DNA of 64,000 nucleotides from Bacteroides fragilis (GTDB taxonomy: Bacteria > Bacteroidota > Bacteroidia > Bacteroidales > DTGW01), in NCBI GenBank assembly GCA_945889005.1, contig CAMDBI010000008.1, forward strand, positions 10,473 through 74,472, written 5' to 3'. A model generated the notes under the pieces. It had not been told where the DNA came from. It searched no databases and worked only from the letters and a program-made list of their open reading frames with translations. Below are positions 10,091 to 19,364 of the stretch, piece after piece. Both the position numbers and the translations under genes were made by a program. Within the stretch, counting starts at the first letter, position 1; each line of letters begins with the position of its first letter.

Positions 10091-10162
10091 TTCGTTATTC
10101 GTTGTTCGTGCAGCGTGCTTCGTGCTTCGTACACAGTGCACGATGCACGATGCACGAAGCAC
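10091..10162. repeat. Heptanucleotide tandem array (TTCGTGC-type x6, then inverted GCACGAW-type x4)
   Basis: Exact 7-nt phase: ttcgtta ttcgttg ttcgtgc agcgtgc ttcgtgc ttcgtac acagtgc acgatgc acgatgc acgaagc. There is a perfect 11-bp inverted repeat, GTGCTTCGTGC (10115-10125) / GCACGAAGCAC (10152-10162). The array fills the asnS-rpoN spacer. Confidence 0.85.
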
Positions 10163-10171
10163 TATTCATAT

Positions 10172-11569
10172 TTAAAACTCTGCATTCTTTGGTGTTCGTG
10201 GGAAAGGAATAACATCTCTAATATTTCCCATACCGGTTACAAAAAGCATGAGTCGTTCAAATCCTAGACCAAATCCACTGTGAGGTGCTGTACCATATTT
10301 TCGGGTATCGAGGTACCACCACAAATCTTTCTGAGGCATATCGAGCTCAACAATTCGATTGAAAAGCTTATCGTAGTTTTCTTCGCGCTCAGAACCGCCA
10401 ATAATCTCGCCTATTCGTGGAAACAAAACATCCATAGCACGTACCGTTTTGCCATCGGGATTTTGTTTCATGTAAAATGCCTTTATCTCTTTGGGGTAGC
10501 CGGTCAATATTACCGGACAGTTAAACACTTTTTCGACCAAATAGCGCTCGTGTTCCGATTGCAGGTCTACTCCCCATTCAACTTTATATTCAAACTTTTC
10601 TCCACTTTTTACAAGTATATCAATGGCTTCAGTGTATGTTAATCTTTTAAAACTATTGTTGGTAACAAACTGCAAACGTTCGATCAATTCTTTGTCGTAC
10701 ATTTCATTTAAGAACTTGAGATCGTCCATATTGTTCTCAAGTGCATACTTAACAAGGTACTTGAGAAAGTCTTCGGCCAAATCCATGTTGTCGTTAATAT
10801 CGTTAAAAGCCACTTCGGGTTCAATCATCCAAAACTCGGCTAAATGTCGCGGAGTATTAGAGTTTTCGGCACGGAAGGTTGGTCCAAAGGTATAAATTGA
10901 ACCCACAGCCATGGCTCCCAATTCTCCTTCGAGTTGCCCCGAAACGGTCAAATTGGCTGCTTTGCCAAAAAAGTCTTCTTCTTCGTTTATTTTTCCATCT
11001 GAGGTTTTGGGTATATTGTTGAGATCTAGTGTTGTAACACGAAACATGGCACCTGCACCTTCACAATCGGAAGCTGTAATAATGGGTGTATGCATATAGC
11101 AAAAACTCCGATCGTTAAAATACTTGTGAATAGCGAATGCCATAGCGTGTCGTAAACGCAATACACAGCCAAACGTGTTGGTACGTGGACGAAGATGCGC
11201 TATTTCGCGTAAAAACTCCAGTGTATGACCTTTCTTTTGCAATGGATATGTGTCGGGATCGGCTGTACCATATATCTCTATTTCACTTGCCTGAATTTCG
11301 ACCGACTGCCCTTGTCCTTGCGATTGAACAAGTTTGCCTTGTACTCTTAAACACGAACCGGTTGTTACGGGTTTGAGCATTTCATCGGAATGTACTGCCA
11401 AATCGACCACGACCTGAATACTATTGACCGTTGAACCATCGTTGATAGCTATAAACTGTACATTCTTATTGCCTCGGCGGGTTCGTACCCAACCTTTTAC
11501 TGTTACTTCGCTTCCTACTGCTCCACTTAAAAGCAATTCTTTTACTAATTTCCTTTCGTTCTGTGCCAT
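10172..11569 (-). CDS. asnS: Asparagine--tRNA ligase
   Basis: 465-aa class II aaRS with an N-terminal OB fold, [21 protein letters not shown] (motif 2) and a [10 protein letters not shown]-terminus. Confidence 0.95.
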   Translation of the reverse strand: MAQNERKLVKELLLSGAVGSEVTVKGWVRTRRGNKNVQFIAINDGSTVNSIQVVVDLAVHSDEMLKPVTTGSCLRVQGKLVQSQGQGQSVEIQASEIEIYGTADPDTYPLQKKGHTLEFLREIAHLRPRTNTFGCVLRLRHAMAFAIHKYFNDRSFCYMHTPIITASDCEGAGAMFRVTTLDLNNIPKTSDGKINEEEDFFGKAANLTVSGQLEGELGAMAVGSIYTFGPTFRAENSNTPRHLAEFWMIEPEVAFNDINDNMDLAEDFLKYLVKYALENNMDDLKFLNEMYDKELIERLQFVTNNSFKRLTYTEAIDILVKSGEKFEYKVEWGVDLQSEHERYLVEKVFNCPVILTGYPKEIKAFYMKQNPDGKTVRAMDVLFPRIGEIIGGSEREENYDKLFNRIVELDMPQKDLWWYLDTRKYGTAPHSGFGLGFERLMLFVTGMGNIRDVIPFPRTPKNAEF

Positions 11570-11660
11570 TTTTATTAATTCTTTTTATAAATTAGTATCA
11601 AATAAACCCGCTTTGCAAAAATATAATATTTAGAGTTAATTCAATCGCTTTACAAACATT

Positions 11661-12356
11661 ATGCTCAATATAAAAAAATATTTTTCGAGTTTCGCTTTGC
11701 TTTTCTATCCTAATTATTGCTGTAGTTGTGGTTACTTGCTATTTACCAGCGAACAACATATCTGCACTAAATGTCTCTACAAGTTGCCCAAAACCAATTT
11801 TCATAAAACTCCCGACAATGTTATTGCACAAAAATTTTGGGGCAAAGTGCAGGTCGAACATGCAACGGCATTTTACAATTTTCAAAAAAGCTTAAGAATA
11901 CAAAAGATTATGCACCATCTCAAATACAGAAACAATACAGATGTTGGGGTTTTACTGGGCAAACTAGCGGCCATAGAGCTCAAAGATACTCAATTCAACC
12001 ATGTTGACTGTATCGTGAGCATTCCTCTTCACAAACTTCGCGAGAAACAACGTGGCTACAATCAGAGCGACTACATTGCCATTGGATTAGCTGAAGGATT
12101 GGGAAAAGAATTTGTTAAAAATGCATTAATCCGAAACACAAATACATCGTCGCAAACCCGCAAGAATCGCTTTGAACGTTGGAAAAACACCGAAAATATT
12201 TTTGATGCTTCGCCCACTGCAAACTTCTATGGAAAACATATTTTACTTGTCGACGATGTTATTACCACTGGCTCAACCCTCGAATCGTGCGCCATAGCAC
12301 TAAAAAAACAATTCGATTGCAAAGTGAGTATTTTTGCCTTGGCTGTAGCTTCGTAA
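11661..12356 (+). CDS. ComF family protein (phosphoribosyltransferase domain)
   Basis: 231-aa ORF with N-terminal Cys pairs (CCSCG...CTKC) and the C-terminal PRTase motif ILLVDDVITTGST. Confidence 0.85.
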   Translation: MLNIKKYFSSFALLFYPNYCCSCGYLLFTSEQHICTKCLYKLPKTNFHKTPDNVIAQKFWGKVQVEHATAFYNFQKSLRIQKIMHHLKYRNNTDVGVLLGKLAAIELKDTQFNHVDCIVSIPLHKLREKQRGYNQSDYIAIGLAEGLGKEFVKNALIRNTNTSSQTRKNRFERWKNTENIFDASPTANFYGKHILLVDDVITTGSTLESCAIALKKQFDCKVSIFALAVAS

Positions 12357-12572
12357 TATATTGAACAAGACACAATTCGCAAGCTGAATTTCTATCCCGA
12401 ATTTTTCTTTTCAAAACCAATTACAATCTATGAATCAAAATCGACAAGTCTAATACACTACAAATTGTAATTTGCGACATTTGGAGTGTTGGGGTAAATC
12501 AAATGGCGCTACTTCATTATTCGTAGAAAATGTTTATTTAATCATCATTTATAATCTTTGTTAAAGACGAAA

Positions 12573-12631
12573 GTCAGAAGTCAGAAGCAACTACACTTCT
12601 TGCTTCCATGTTCCAACTTCTAGCCTCTAAC
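12573..12631. repeat. Weak heptanucleotide array (GTCAGAA x2, then inverted NNCTTCY x5)
   Basis: gtcagaa gtcagaa gcaacta cacttct tgcttcc atgttcc aacttct agcctct, all in one 7-nt phase. The two halves are partly complementary (GAAGCAA/TTGCTTC). Confidence 0.45.
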
Positions 12632-12730
12632 TTTATCAAATCAAAGATCATTCTGCAAAAATTATAGTAGAACCATAAAAAATAAGTCATTAAATTGTAA
12701 CTTGCAGCCTGTTTTTCAAAATCAGAAACA

Positions 12731-13264
12731 ATGAATTTTCTGTCATTCTTCAAACTACAATTTATCCTTTGGATATTACCCATTGCAGTAATTATTCAAA
12801 ACATCGAAGTGTCGTCGAACCTATATTCGTGGCTCATTCATCATGAACTAACATTACCTGCATCAATAAAAGAACTTATCGGCGATGTGTATGCTCCTTC
12901 ATTTAAAGACCGGTTAAATACCAGCTTATTCTTAGCATCAGTCTTACCACTGCTCGTAGTGTCGTTTTTCAACCGCACCAACAATAAATCGTATACACGC
13001 CATATACTAACTATTGCCGGTTTTGTAATCATAATCGGTGCCATGACTAAAATGGTGTTGGTTTTATTATATCAATCGTACATACCCGGTGTTGTAACTG
13101 CCATGTTTTTGTGCCTTCCATTAAGTTTTAGGTTGGTCAAATATTGCTTCGATACATTCAACTTCCCATATTACATCAAATTGCTTGTGTTTATATTTTC
13201 AATCATATTGTATTTGCCCTTAACATGGGCTATTTGGATGTTTTCATCTTTACTCATTTTTTAG
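12731..13264 (+). CDS. Hypothetical polytopic membrane protein
   Basis: 177-aa ORF with five hydrophobic segments, ending 1 nt before the next gene. No recognisable motif. Confidence 0.55.
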   Translation: MNFLSFFKLQFILWILPIAVIIQNIEVSSNLYSWLIHHELTLPASIKELIGDVYAPSFKDRLNTSLFLASVLPLLVVSFFNRTNNKSYTRHILTIAGFVIIIGAMTKMVLVLLYQSYIPGVVTAMFLCLPLSFRLVKYCFDTFNFPYYIKLLVFIFSIILYLPLTWAIWMFSSLLIF

Positions 13265-13265
13265 T

Positions 13266-14114
13266 ATGGATAAAAAAGTAAAAACCGCTAGGCTTTCTAT
13301 TATTTCGAACACTAGCCTTATCGTTTTGAAGCTTGTAGCGGGTTTTCTGAGTGGCTCGGTAAGTATTATATCTGAAGCCATTCACTCTGCCATGGATTTG
13401 CTGGCATCGATCATTGCTTTTTTTGCTGTAAAAATTTCGGACAGCCCACCCGACAAAGAGCACCCTTATGGTCACGGTAAGTTCGAGAATGTTTCGGGTG
13501 TTATAGAAGCCGTTCTGATATTTGTTGCAGCCGGATGGATTATATTCGAAGCCATCGAGAAGCTTCATCACCCTGGCCCCATCAATTCGATAGGCATAGG
13601 TGCCGCAGTAATGTTTGTTTCGGGCTTGGTCAATTGGTTTGTTGCACGTCGTTTGTACAAAGTAGCCCGCGAAACCGACTCTATAGCTCTCGAAGCCGAT
13701 GCCCTTCACCTCAAAACCGATGTGTACACTTCAGTTGGCGTTGGATCAGGTTTATTGTTGATATGGGCAACCGGCTACCACTTTCTCGATCCGGTTATTG
13801 CCATTCTGGTTGCCATGTTCATTATTCGCGAATCGTTCCATCTTTTAAAAAATGCCTACACCCCCTTGCTCGATGTATCGCTCTCAGAAAAAGAAATTGC
13901 CATTATTAAAGAATGTATTTCTGAGCATTCGCTCACCTTTCACGACCTCAAAACCCGCAAGTCGGGACAATTTCGCTTTGCCGACCTGCACCTCGAAATG
14001 GATGGAGCCACTAGCCTTCAAAAAGTACACGATGTTTGCGATATGATTGAAGAAGAAATCAAAAAGAAAATTAATAACATCGACATAAACATACATGTAG
14101 AACCAAAAGAATGA
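13266..14114 (+). CDS. Cation diffusion facilitator family transporter
   Basis: 282-aa ORF with the CDF signature around SEAIHSAMDLL, HLKTDVY in TM5 and a C-terminal cytoplasmic domain. Confidence 0.9.
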   Translation: MDKKVKTARLSIISNTSLIVLKLVAGFLSGSVSIISEAIHSAMDLLASIIAFFAVKISDSPPDKEHPYGHGKFENVSGVIEAVLIFVAAGWIIFEAIEKLHHPGPINSIGIGAAVMFVSGLVNWFVARRLYKVARETDSIALEADALHLKTDVYTSVGVGSGLLLIWATGYHFLDPVIAILVAMFIIRESFHLLKNAYTPLLDVSLSEKEIAIIKECISEHSLTFHDLKTRKSGQFRFADLHLEMDGATSLQKVHDVCDMIEEEIKKKINNIDINIHVEPKE

Positions 14115-14188
14115 ATCAAAAAACAAATAGATTTAATTGTAATTCAAATGTTTTAAACTAATTTTGAGTTATTATAAGTATAATAATC

Positions 14189-14405
14189 ATGCAAACACTC
14201 CTTGTTGAAGTAAAAGATATTAATGGTCTAAAAATACTACAAGATATAGAACAAGCGCATATTATTAAACTCATCCATACCTCAAGAAAAACCATCCTAT
14301 CGATTGTCTTCGCTACTTAGAGGCTCCATTTCTAAAGAAACTGCTCAACAAATGAAAATGGAACATGAACAAATGCGTAAAGAATGGCAATATCGCAATA
14401 TTTAA
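14189..14405 (+). pseudogene. Frameshifted antitoxin remnant (VapB-like partner of a PIN toxin)
   Basis: ATG 14189 gives MQTLLVEVKDINGLKILQDIEQAHIIKLI... and hits TAG. The conserved C-terminus (KPSYRLSSLLRGSISKETAQQMKMEHEQMRKEWQYRNI*) continues in the +1 frame to 14405. Confidence 0.5.
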
Positions 14406-14575
14406 TCGACACAATTGAACAAACCATCCAACTTAGAAAAACATACAAAACAAAACTTCCAGATGCAATCATTGCAGCTACAGCTATGGTTTATAAATTG
14501 AAATTGATTACCCGTAATACTTGCTATTTTAATAATATTGAAGGCTTAGAATTAATAAATCCTTGGGAAATTTAG
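14384..14575 (+). pseudogene. Internally deleted PIN-domain (VapC-like) toxin remnant
   Basis: 63-aa ORF. The N-terminus MAISQYLIDT (PIN start motif) is fused to a PIN C-terminal segment (KLPDAIIAATAMVYKLKLITRN), so about half of a normal ~130-aa PIN protein is missing. It overlaps the antitoxin remnant in the usual TA manner. Confidence 0.5.
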
Positions 14576-14758
14576 AGTCAAAATAAAATATAAATAAGAA
14601 AAATATTTTTTTGAAAATAAAAAAAATATAATTTTACATCTCGAAATGTGGAAAAATTTGCGTCGGCTTGTAACCACTTTAAAAAAATACTAAAGAGACA
14701 ATCGCCTCCTTTTTGTTGTTGATTATAAGCCGCTTATTAAGATTCCCTTTTTAAATTT

Positions 14759-14786
14759 TCAATTGTCAATTAACAATTATCAATTA
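14759..14786. repeat. Heptanucleotide array TCAATTR x4 in the metK 5' leader
   Basis: tcaattg tcaatta acaatta tcaatta, ending 5 nt before the metK ATG (14792). It uses the same unit as the array at 63820-63854. Confidence 0.6.
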
Positions 14787-14791
14787 AAATT

Positions 14792-16081
14792 ATGGCTTAT
14801 TTATTTACATCAGAATCAGTATCTGAAGGTCATCCAGACAAAGTTTCGGATCAAATTTCAGACGCGCTGTTAGACGAATTTCTACGTCACGACCCCAATT
14901 CAAAAGTAGCATGCGAAACCCTCTGTACCACCGGTTTGGTAGTTCTTGCAGGCGAAGTAAAATCTAAAGGAGTAATCGATGCTCAAGGCGTTGCTCGCAT
15001 GGTAGTCGAAAAAATTGGCTACAACAAAGGCGAATATATGTTCGAAAGCAAATCGTGCGGTGTAATCTCTGCGATTCACGAACAATCGCCCGATATTAAC
15101 CAAGGTGTTGAACGCAAAAAAGACGAAGAACAAGGTGCAGGCGACCAAGGTATGATGTTTGGTTATGCAACCAACGAAACCAAAAACCTGATGCCTTTAA
15201 CTCTCGACCTGGCTCACCTTCTATTGCTCGAGCTTGCCGACATACGCCGCGAAGGCAAACAAATGAAATACCTTCGTCCCGATGCAAAATCGCAAGTAAC
15301 CATCGAATATGGCGACGACAACAAACCAAAGAAAATCCACACCATCGTTATTTCGACCCAACACGACGATTTCGGTGCCGAAAAAGAAATGCTTGCAACC
15401 ATCAAAAAAGACGTTGCAGATATTCTCATCCCTCGTGTTTTGAAAAAATTGAGCAAAGAAAACAAAGCTTTGTTCGAAAGCAAATATATCCTTCACGTGA
15501 ACCCAACCGGTAAGTTTGTAATTGGTGGTCCACACGGCGATACTGGTTTAACAGGTCGTAAGATCATCGTAGATACTTATGGTGGTCACGGTGCTCACGG
15601 TGGTGGAGCATTCTCAGGTAAAGACTCTTCGAAAGTAGACCGTTCGGCAGCTTATGCAGCTCGTCACATTGCAAAAAACATAGTAGCAGCAGGTATTGCC
15701 GAAAAAGCACTGGTACAAGTGGCGTATGCCATTGGTGTTGCTCAACCAGTTAGTGTTTTTGTCGATACTTATGGAACAGCCAAGGTAAAAGCAAAAGATG
15801 GCGAAATAGCCGAAAAAATTGCTAAAATATTTGACCTTCGCCCTTATGCTATTGTTAGCCGTTATGGTTTGAAAAACCCTGTATTTTTACCAACCGCTTC
15901 GTATGGTCACTTTGGACGCGATAGCTACGAACAAGAAGTTGAAGTCTACTACAAAGACGAAACAACCAAAACCAAGAAAGTAAAAGGCAAAGACATCAAT
16001 GTAAAAACTGTAAAATTCTTTGCTTGGGAAGAACTCAGCTATGTCGATGCCATTAAAAAAGAATTTGGCATTAAGAAATAA
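14792..16081 (+). CDS. metK: S-adenosylmethionine synthase
   Basis: 429-aa ORF with [25 protein letters not shown] and GGGAFSGKD. Confidence 0.97.
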   Translation: MAYLFTSESVSEGHPDKVSDQISDALLDEFLRHDPNSKVACETLCTTGLVVLAGEVKSKGVIDAQGVARMVVEKIGYNKGEYMFESKSCGVISAIHEQSPDINQGVERKKDEEQGAGDQGMMFGYATNETKNLMPLTLDLAHLLLLELADIRREGKQMKYLRPDAKSQVTIEYGDDNKPKKIHTIVISTQHDDFGAEKEMLATIKKDVADILIPRVLKKLSKENKALFESKYILHVNPTGKFVIGGPHGDTGLTGRKIIVDTYGGHGAHGGGAFSGKDSSKVDRSAAYAARHIAKNIVAAGIAEKALVQVAYAIGVAQPVSVFVDTYGTAKVKAKDGEIAEKIAKIFDLRPYAIVSRYGLKNPVFLPTASYGHFGRDSYEQEVEVYYKDETTKTKKVKGKDINVKTVKFFAWEELSYVDAIKKEFGIKK

Positions 16082-16102
16082 TTCTTACATTCAGCTATTT
16101 AT

Positions 16103-16136
16103 AAAACCCGATAGTTTACTCTTATCGGGTTTTCTT
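16103..16136 (+). terminator. Intrinsic terminator after metK
   Basis: ACCCGATA (16106-16113) pairs with TATCGGGT (16123-16130), followed by TTTCTTATTT. Confidence 0.8.
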
Positions 16137-16216
16137 ATTTATTATTTTCATTTTTAGAAGTTTTTATATACCTTTTCCGATGATTTTTATTTATTAACCC
16201 GAAATGTCAATCAGTA

Positions 16217-19200
16217 ATGAAATCTTTCCAATACCTGATTTTATTAATACTATTAAATACTCTAACGTATTCAGTTCGTTCGCAATCGTATTACTTCGAC
16301 AACTATAGTGTTTCTGAGGGATTATATCAATCGCGTATATACGATATCATGCAGGACAAAGACCGCTACCTGTGGCTAGGTTCTATGGGCGGTGTATCGC
16401 GTTTCGATGGAATTACATTTAACAACTATACTTCGCAAGACGGGCTAGCGGTAAATGGCGTGCAAGCTATATGCCAAGACACGTCGGGAACAATATGGTT
16501 TGGGCATTTGGGCGGAGGCATTTCGCGTTTAAAAAACAATGTTTTTGAAGTCATTATGGCATCGGGTAGTATCATTAAGAACGATGTTATTGATCTTGAG
16601 ATTGCCAACAATGGCTGGATTTGGGCATCAACCGATGGATCGGGGGCTATTGCCATTACAAATCCTTACGATAAAGCATCTAAGATCGAAACCCAACAAT
16701 ATAAAGGCGACAAACTGAGCGACCGGGTTTTTAATATTAGCAAAACATCGAGCGGACAACTCTATTTTATAACCGATTTTGGGGTAAAACGTTTAAACGA
16801 GTCAAAAAACAATTTTGAAAGTTATCATCCCGATGGATTATCGCGCTATTGGCCTATTACTTATTTTTTTGAGGACAGCCGAAAAGACCAGTGGTTTGGC
16901 ACATACCATGGTGGTATATACAAATACACACCGTCTACCAATACAATAAAAGTGTACGATATACGCGATGGTATTTCGTCTAACTGGATTACCTATATTT
17001 CTGAAGACAACAAAGGAAATATCTGGCTTGGTTCATGGGGCAAAGGCATAACCTTGGTCACAGACAATACCTTTAAAATATTCGATACCTCCAATGGTTT
17101 GCCCGACGACAAAATCGATTGTTTTTTCCCCGACTATGAAGGAAATATGCTTATAGGTACCAACGAACATGGTTTGTGCCTTTATAAAGGCGATCAAATA
17201 GTTGCCTACACTACCAAACAAGGCATAGTAAACCCTCAAATATGGGCCATTACTCAAGACAAAATGAATCGAATGTGGTTTGGTACAAATGGTGGAATCT
17301 CAGTTATTGACCCTAGCAAATCGACAGACAAACAAGTAATAAGTTATACCGAAACCAAAGATGCCATTAGCAATCAAATACGCTTTTTTGCAACCGACAA
17401 AAACGACAATATTTGGATTGGCTCAAACGACCAGGGTGTTATGCGTTTCGATTTGAAACGAAATCGTTTTGTTTACGATGCCTCTTTTAACCAAAGTTAT
17501 ATGCCTTCGCCACAAGTAACTGCATTGGTAGTCGACAGCAAAAATATCCTTTGGATCGGAACAGTCGATGGTTTGGTGCGCTACAACATTGACAAGGGAA
17601 ATGCTATTCGACTTTCGCAAGTCAATGGACTGGCAAGCAACGAAATAACCTCGCTTTGCAAAAATCCAAAGGGTGGTGTATGGGTAGGCTCAAAAGGAAA
17701 GGGAATTACATTTATTAAAGATACCATTTTTAAAAGATATAGTATTGGCGAAGGTATTACACCTTCTAATATATACGCCGACAATGAAGGATTACTTTGG
17801 ATCGGAACCATGGGGCAAGGCTTGTTTGTAATGAAAAACGGGAAAATCATTAAAAAATATACCGAAAACTCTGGTTTACTCTCTAATTTAGTCAATTTAA
17901 TAGCATCTGACAATAAGGGATTTATCTATATAGGCAGTAACAAAGGTTTAAACAAAATAGACCCTAGCAATGGCAATATTTCGACTTATACCCTTCGAAA
18001 CGGGTTTACTGGTATAGAAACAAAAAACAACGCAGTAAGCATCGACCATCGGGGTCGGTTATGGTTTGGAACCATCAATGGAGCTATGGTTTACAATCCA
18101 ACAATGGAAAATAACTTCATAACCGAACCCCATACTCTATTTACACGGCTCAGGGTAAACCTACAAGACAAGCCATTTATTCAACATTCGAAACTTAGCT
18201 ACACCGACAATTCATTGATTTTCAATTTTCAAGGAATCAATCTTTCGAACCCCGAGGCTGTTACATACAAAATATTTTTAAAAGGACAAGACAAAGATTG
18301 GCACCTACATACCGGACAAGCCGAAGTCAACTATTCGGCTCTTTCGCCCGGAAAATACACGTTTATGGTCAAGGCCCGAAACCAAAATGGTCAATGGAAC
18401 AAAAATGCTATCGAGTATCATTTCGAAATACAACCTCCCTTCTACCAAACATGGTGGTTCATTATGGTATGTATATTTACGGGTTCTTTCATAATTATTA
18501 CATATATAAAGATTAGAGAGAAAAAATTAATCGCCGAAAAACGCATTCTCGAAGATAAAGTACGCGAACGAACGCAAGAAGTAACTCAAAAAAACGAAGA
18601 ACTTGCCTATAAAAACAAAAACATAACCGACAGTATTCGTTATGCAAAACGTATTCAATTTGCGATTTTACCCCCGGTAATTCCTTTCGACAATGCGTTT
18701 ATTCTTTTTAAACCCAAGGATATTGTAAGTGGCGATTTCTATTGGCTCTTGAGATTGGGCAATCTAGAATTTTTTGCTGCTGTAGACTGTACCGGACATG
18801 GCGTTCCTGGGGCTTTCATGTCTATTATCGGTCATACTATGCTCAACAAAATTGTAAAAGAATACAATATTTACCAACCGGCAGCTATTCTCAACCAACT
18901 CAACAACGAGCTCAACAATACGCTGAACAAAAAAGATGAATCGGGCATTATTATGGATGGTATGGACATTGCACTGGCTTGTTACCATACCGACACTTCT
19001 GTAGTCGAATTTGCAGGAGCATTTAACTCGGCATATTTAGTCCGACAAGGAGTCCTTAGCGAAATTCCTGCCAATAGATTCCCGGTTGGGCGATCCAATA
19101 TCCAAGACAAAGTATTTGTAAATCAAGAATTTAAAATTAACAAAGGCGACTGTTTATATCTCTATTCCGATGGTTACGCCGATCAATTTGGAGGCCCATT

Positions 19201-19360
19201 GGGCAAAAAATTCAAGACCAAGGTTATGATGAAACTTCTCGAACAACTCTACCCGGTCGATATTGATTTGCAAAAAGAGCAACTCGAAGAGGCATTTGAA
19301 ACATGGCGCGGCGATATCGAACAGGTCGACGATGTATTGGTTATTGGCAGAAGATTTTAA
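16217..19360 (+). CDS. Periplasmic beta-propeller / Y_Y_Y sensor fused to a cytoplasmic PP2C (SpoIIE-type) phosphatase
   Basis: 1047 aa with a signal peptide and many two-component-regulator-propeller-like repeats (WIGT..GL..Y). It also has a Y_Y_Y-like segment (YSALSPGKYTFMVKARNQNGQWN), one TM (WWFIMVCIFTGSFIIITYI), a coiled coil, and PP2C motifs (SGDFYW, DCTGHGVPGAFMS, YSDGYADQFGG, DDVLVIG). Confidence 0.85.
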   Translation: MKSFQYLILLILLNTLTYSVRSQSYYFDNYSVSEGLYQSRIYDIMQDKDRYLWLGSMGGVSRFDGITFNNYTSQDGLAVNGVQAICQDTSGTIWFGHLGGGISRLKNNVFEVIMASGSIIKNDVIDLEIANNGWIWASTDGSGAIAITNPYDKASKIETQQYKGDKLSDRVFNISKTSSGQLYFITDFGVKRLNESKNNFESYHPDGLSRYWPITYFFEDSRKDQWFGTYHGGIYKYTPSTNTIKVYDIRDGISSNWITYISEDNKGNIWLGSWGKGITLVTDNTFKIFDTSNGLPDDKIDCFFPDYEGNMLIGTNEHGLCLYKGDQIVAYTTKQGIVNPQIWAITQDKMNRMWFGTNGGISVIDPSKSTDKQVISYTETKDAISNQIRFFATDKNDNIWIGSNDQGVMRFDLKRNRFVYDASFNQSYMPSPQVTALVVDSKNILWIGTVDGLVRYNIDKGNAIRLSQVNGLASNEITSLCKNPKGGVWVGSKGKGITFIKDTIFKRYSIGEGITPSNIYADNEGLLWIGTMGQGLFVMKNGKIIKKYTENSGLLSNLVNLIASDNKGFIYIGSNKGLNKIDPSNGNISTYTLRNGFTGIETKNNAVSIDHRGRLWFGTINGAMVYNPTMENNFITEPHTLFTRLRVNLQDKPFIQHSKLSYTDNSLIFNFQGINLSNPEAVTYKIFLKGQDKDWHLHTGQAEVNYSALSPGKYTFMVKARNQNGQWNKNAIEYHFEIQPPFYQTWWFIMVCIFTGSFIIITYIKIREKKLIAEKRILEDKVRERTQEVTQKNEELAYKNKNITDSIRYAKRIQFAILPPVIPFDNAFILFKPKDIVSGDFYWLLRLGNLEFFAAVDCTGHGVPGAFMSIIGHTMLNKIVKEYNIYQPAAILNQLNNELNNTLNKKDESGIIMDGMDIALACYHTDTSVVEFAGAFNSAYLVRQGVLSEIPANRFPVGRSNIQDKVFVNQEFKINKGDCLYLYSDGYADQFGGPLGKKFKTKVMMKLLEQLYPVDIDLQKEQLEEAFETWRGDIEQVDDVLVIGRRF

Positions 19361-19364
19361 ATTA

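Noticed and set aside
10088-10162. 25-codon N-terminal extension of rpoN offered by the ORF track (MLRASCIVHCVRSTKHAARTTNNEF)
   Set aside because: It is read out of the heptad array. The canonical sigma-54 N-terminus (MLKQRLQQKL...) starts at ATG 10087.
12574-12783. 69-aa minus-strand ORF
   Set aside because: It overlaps the weak heptad array and the 5' end of the 12731 membrane-protein gene. It has no recognisable features.
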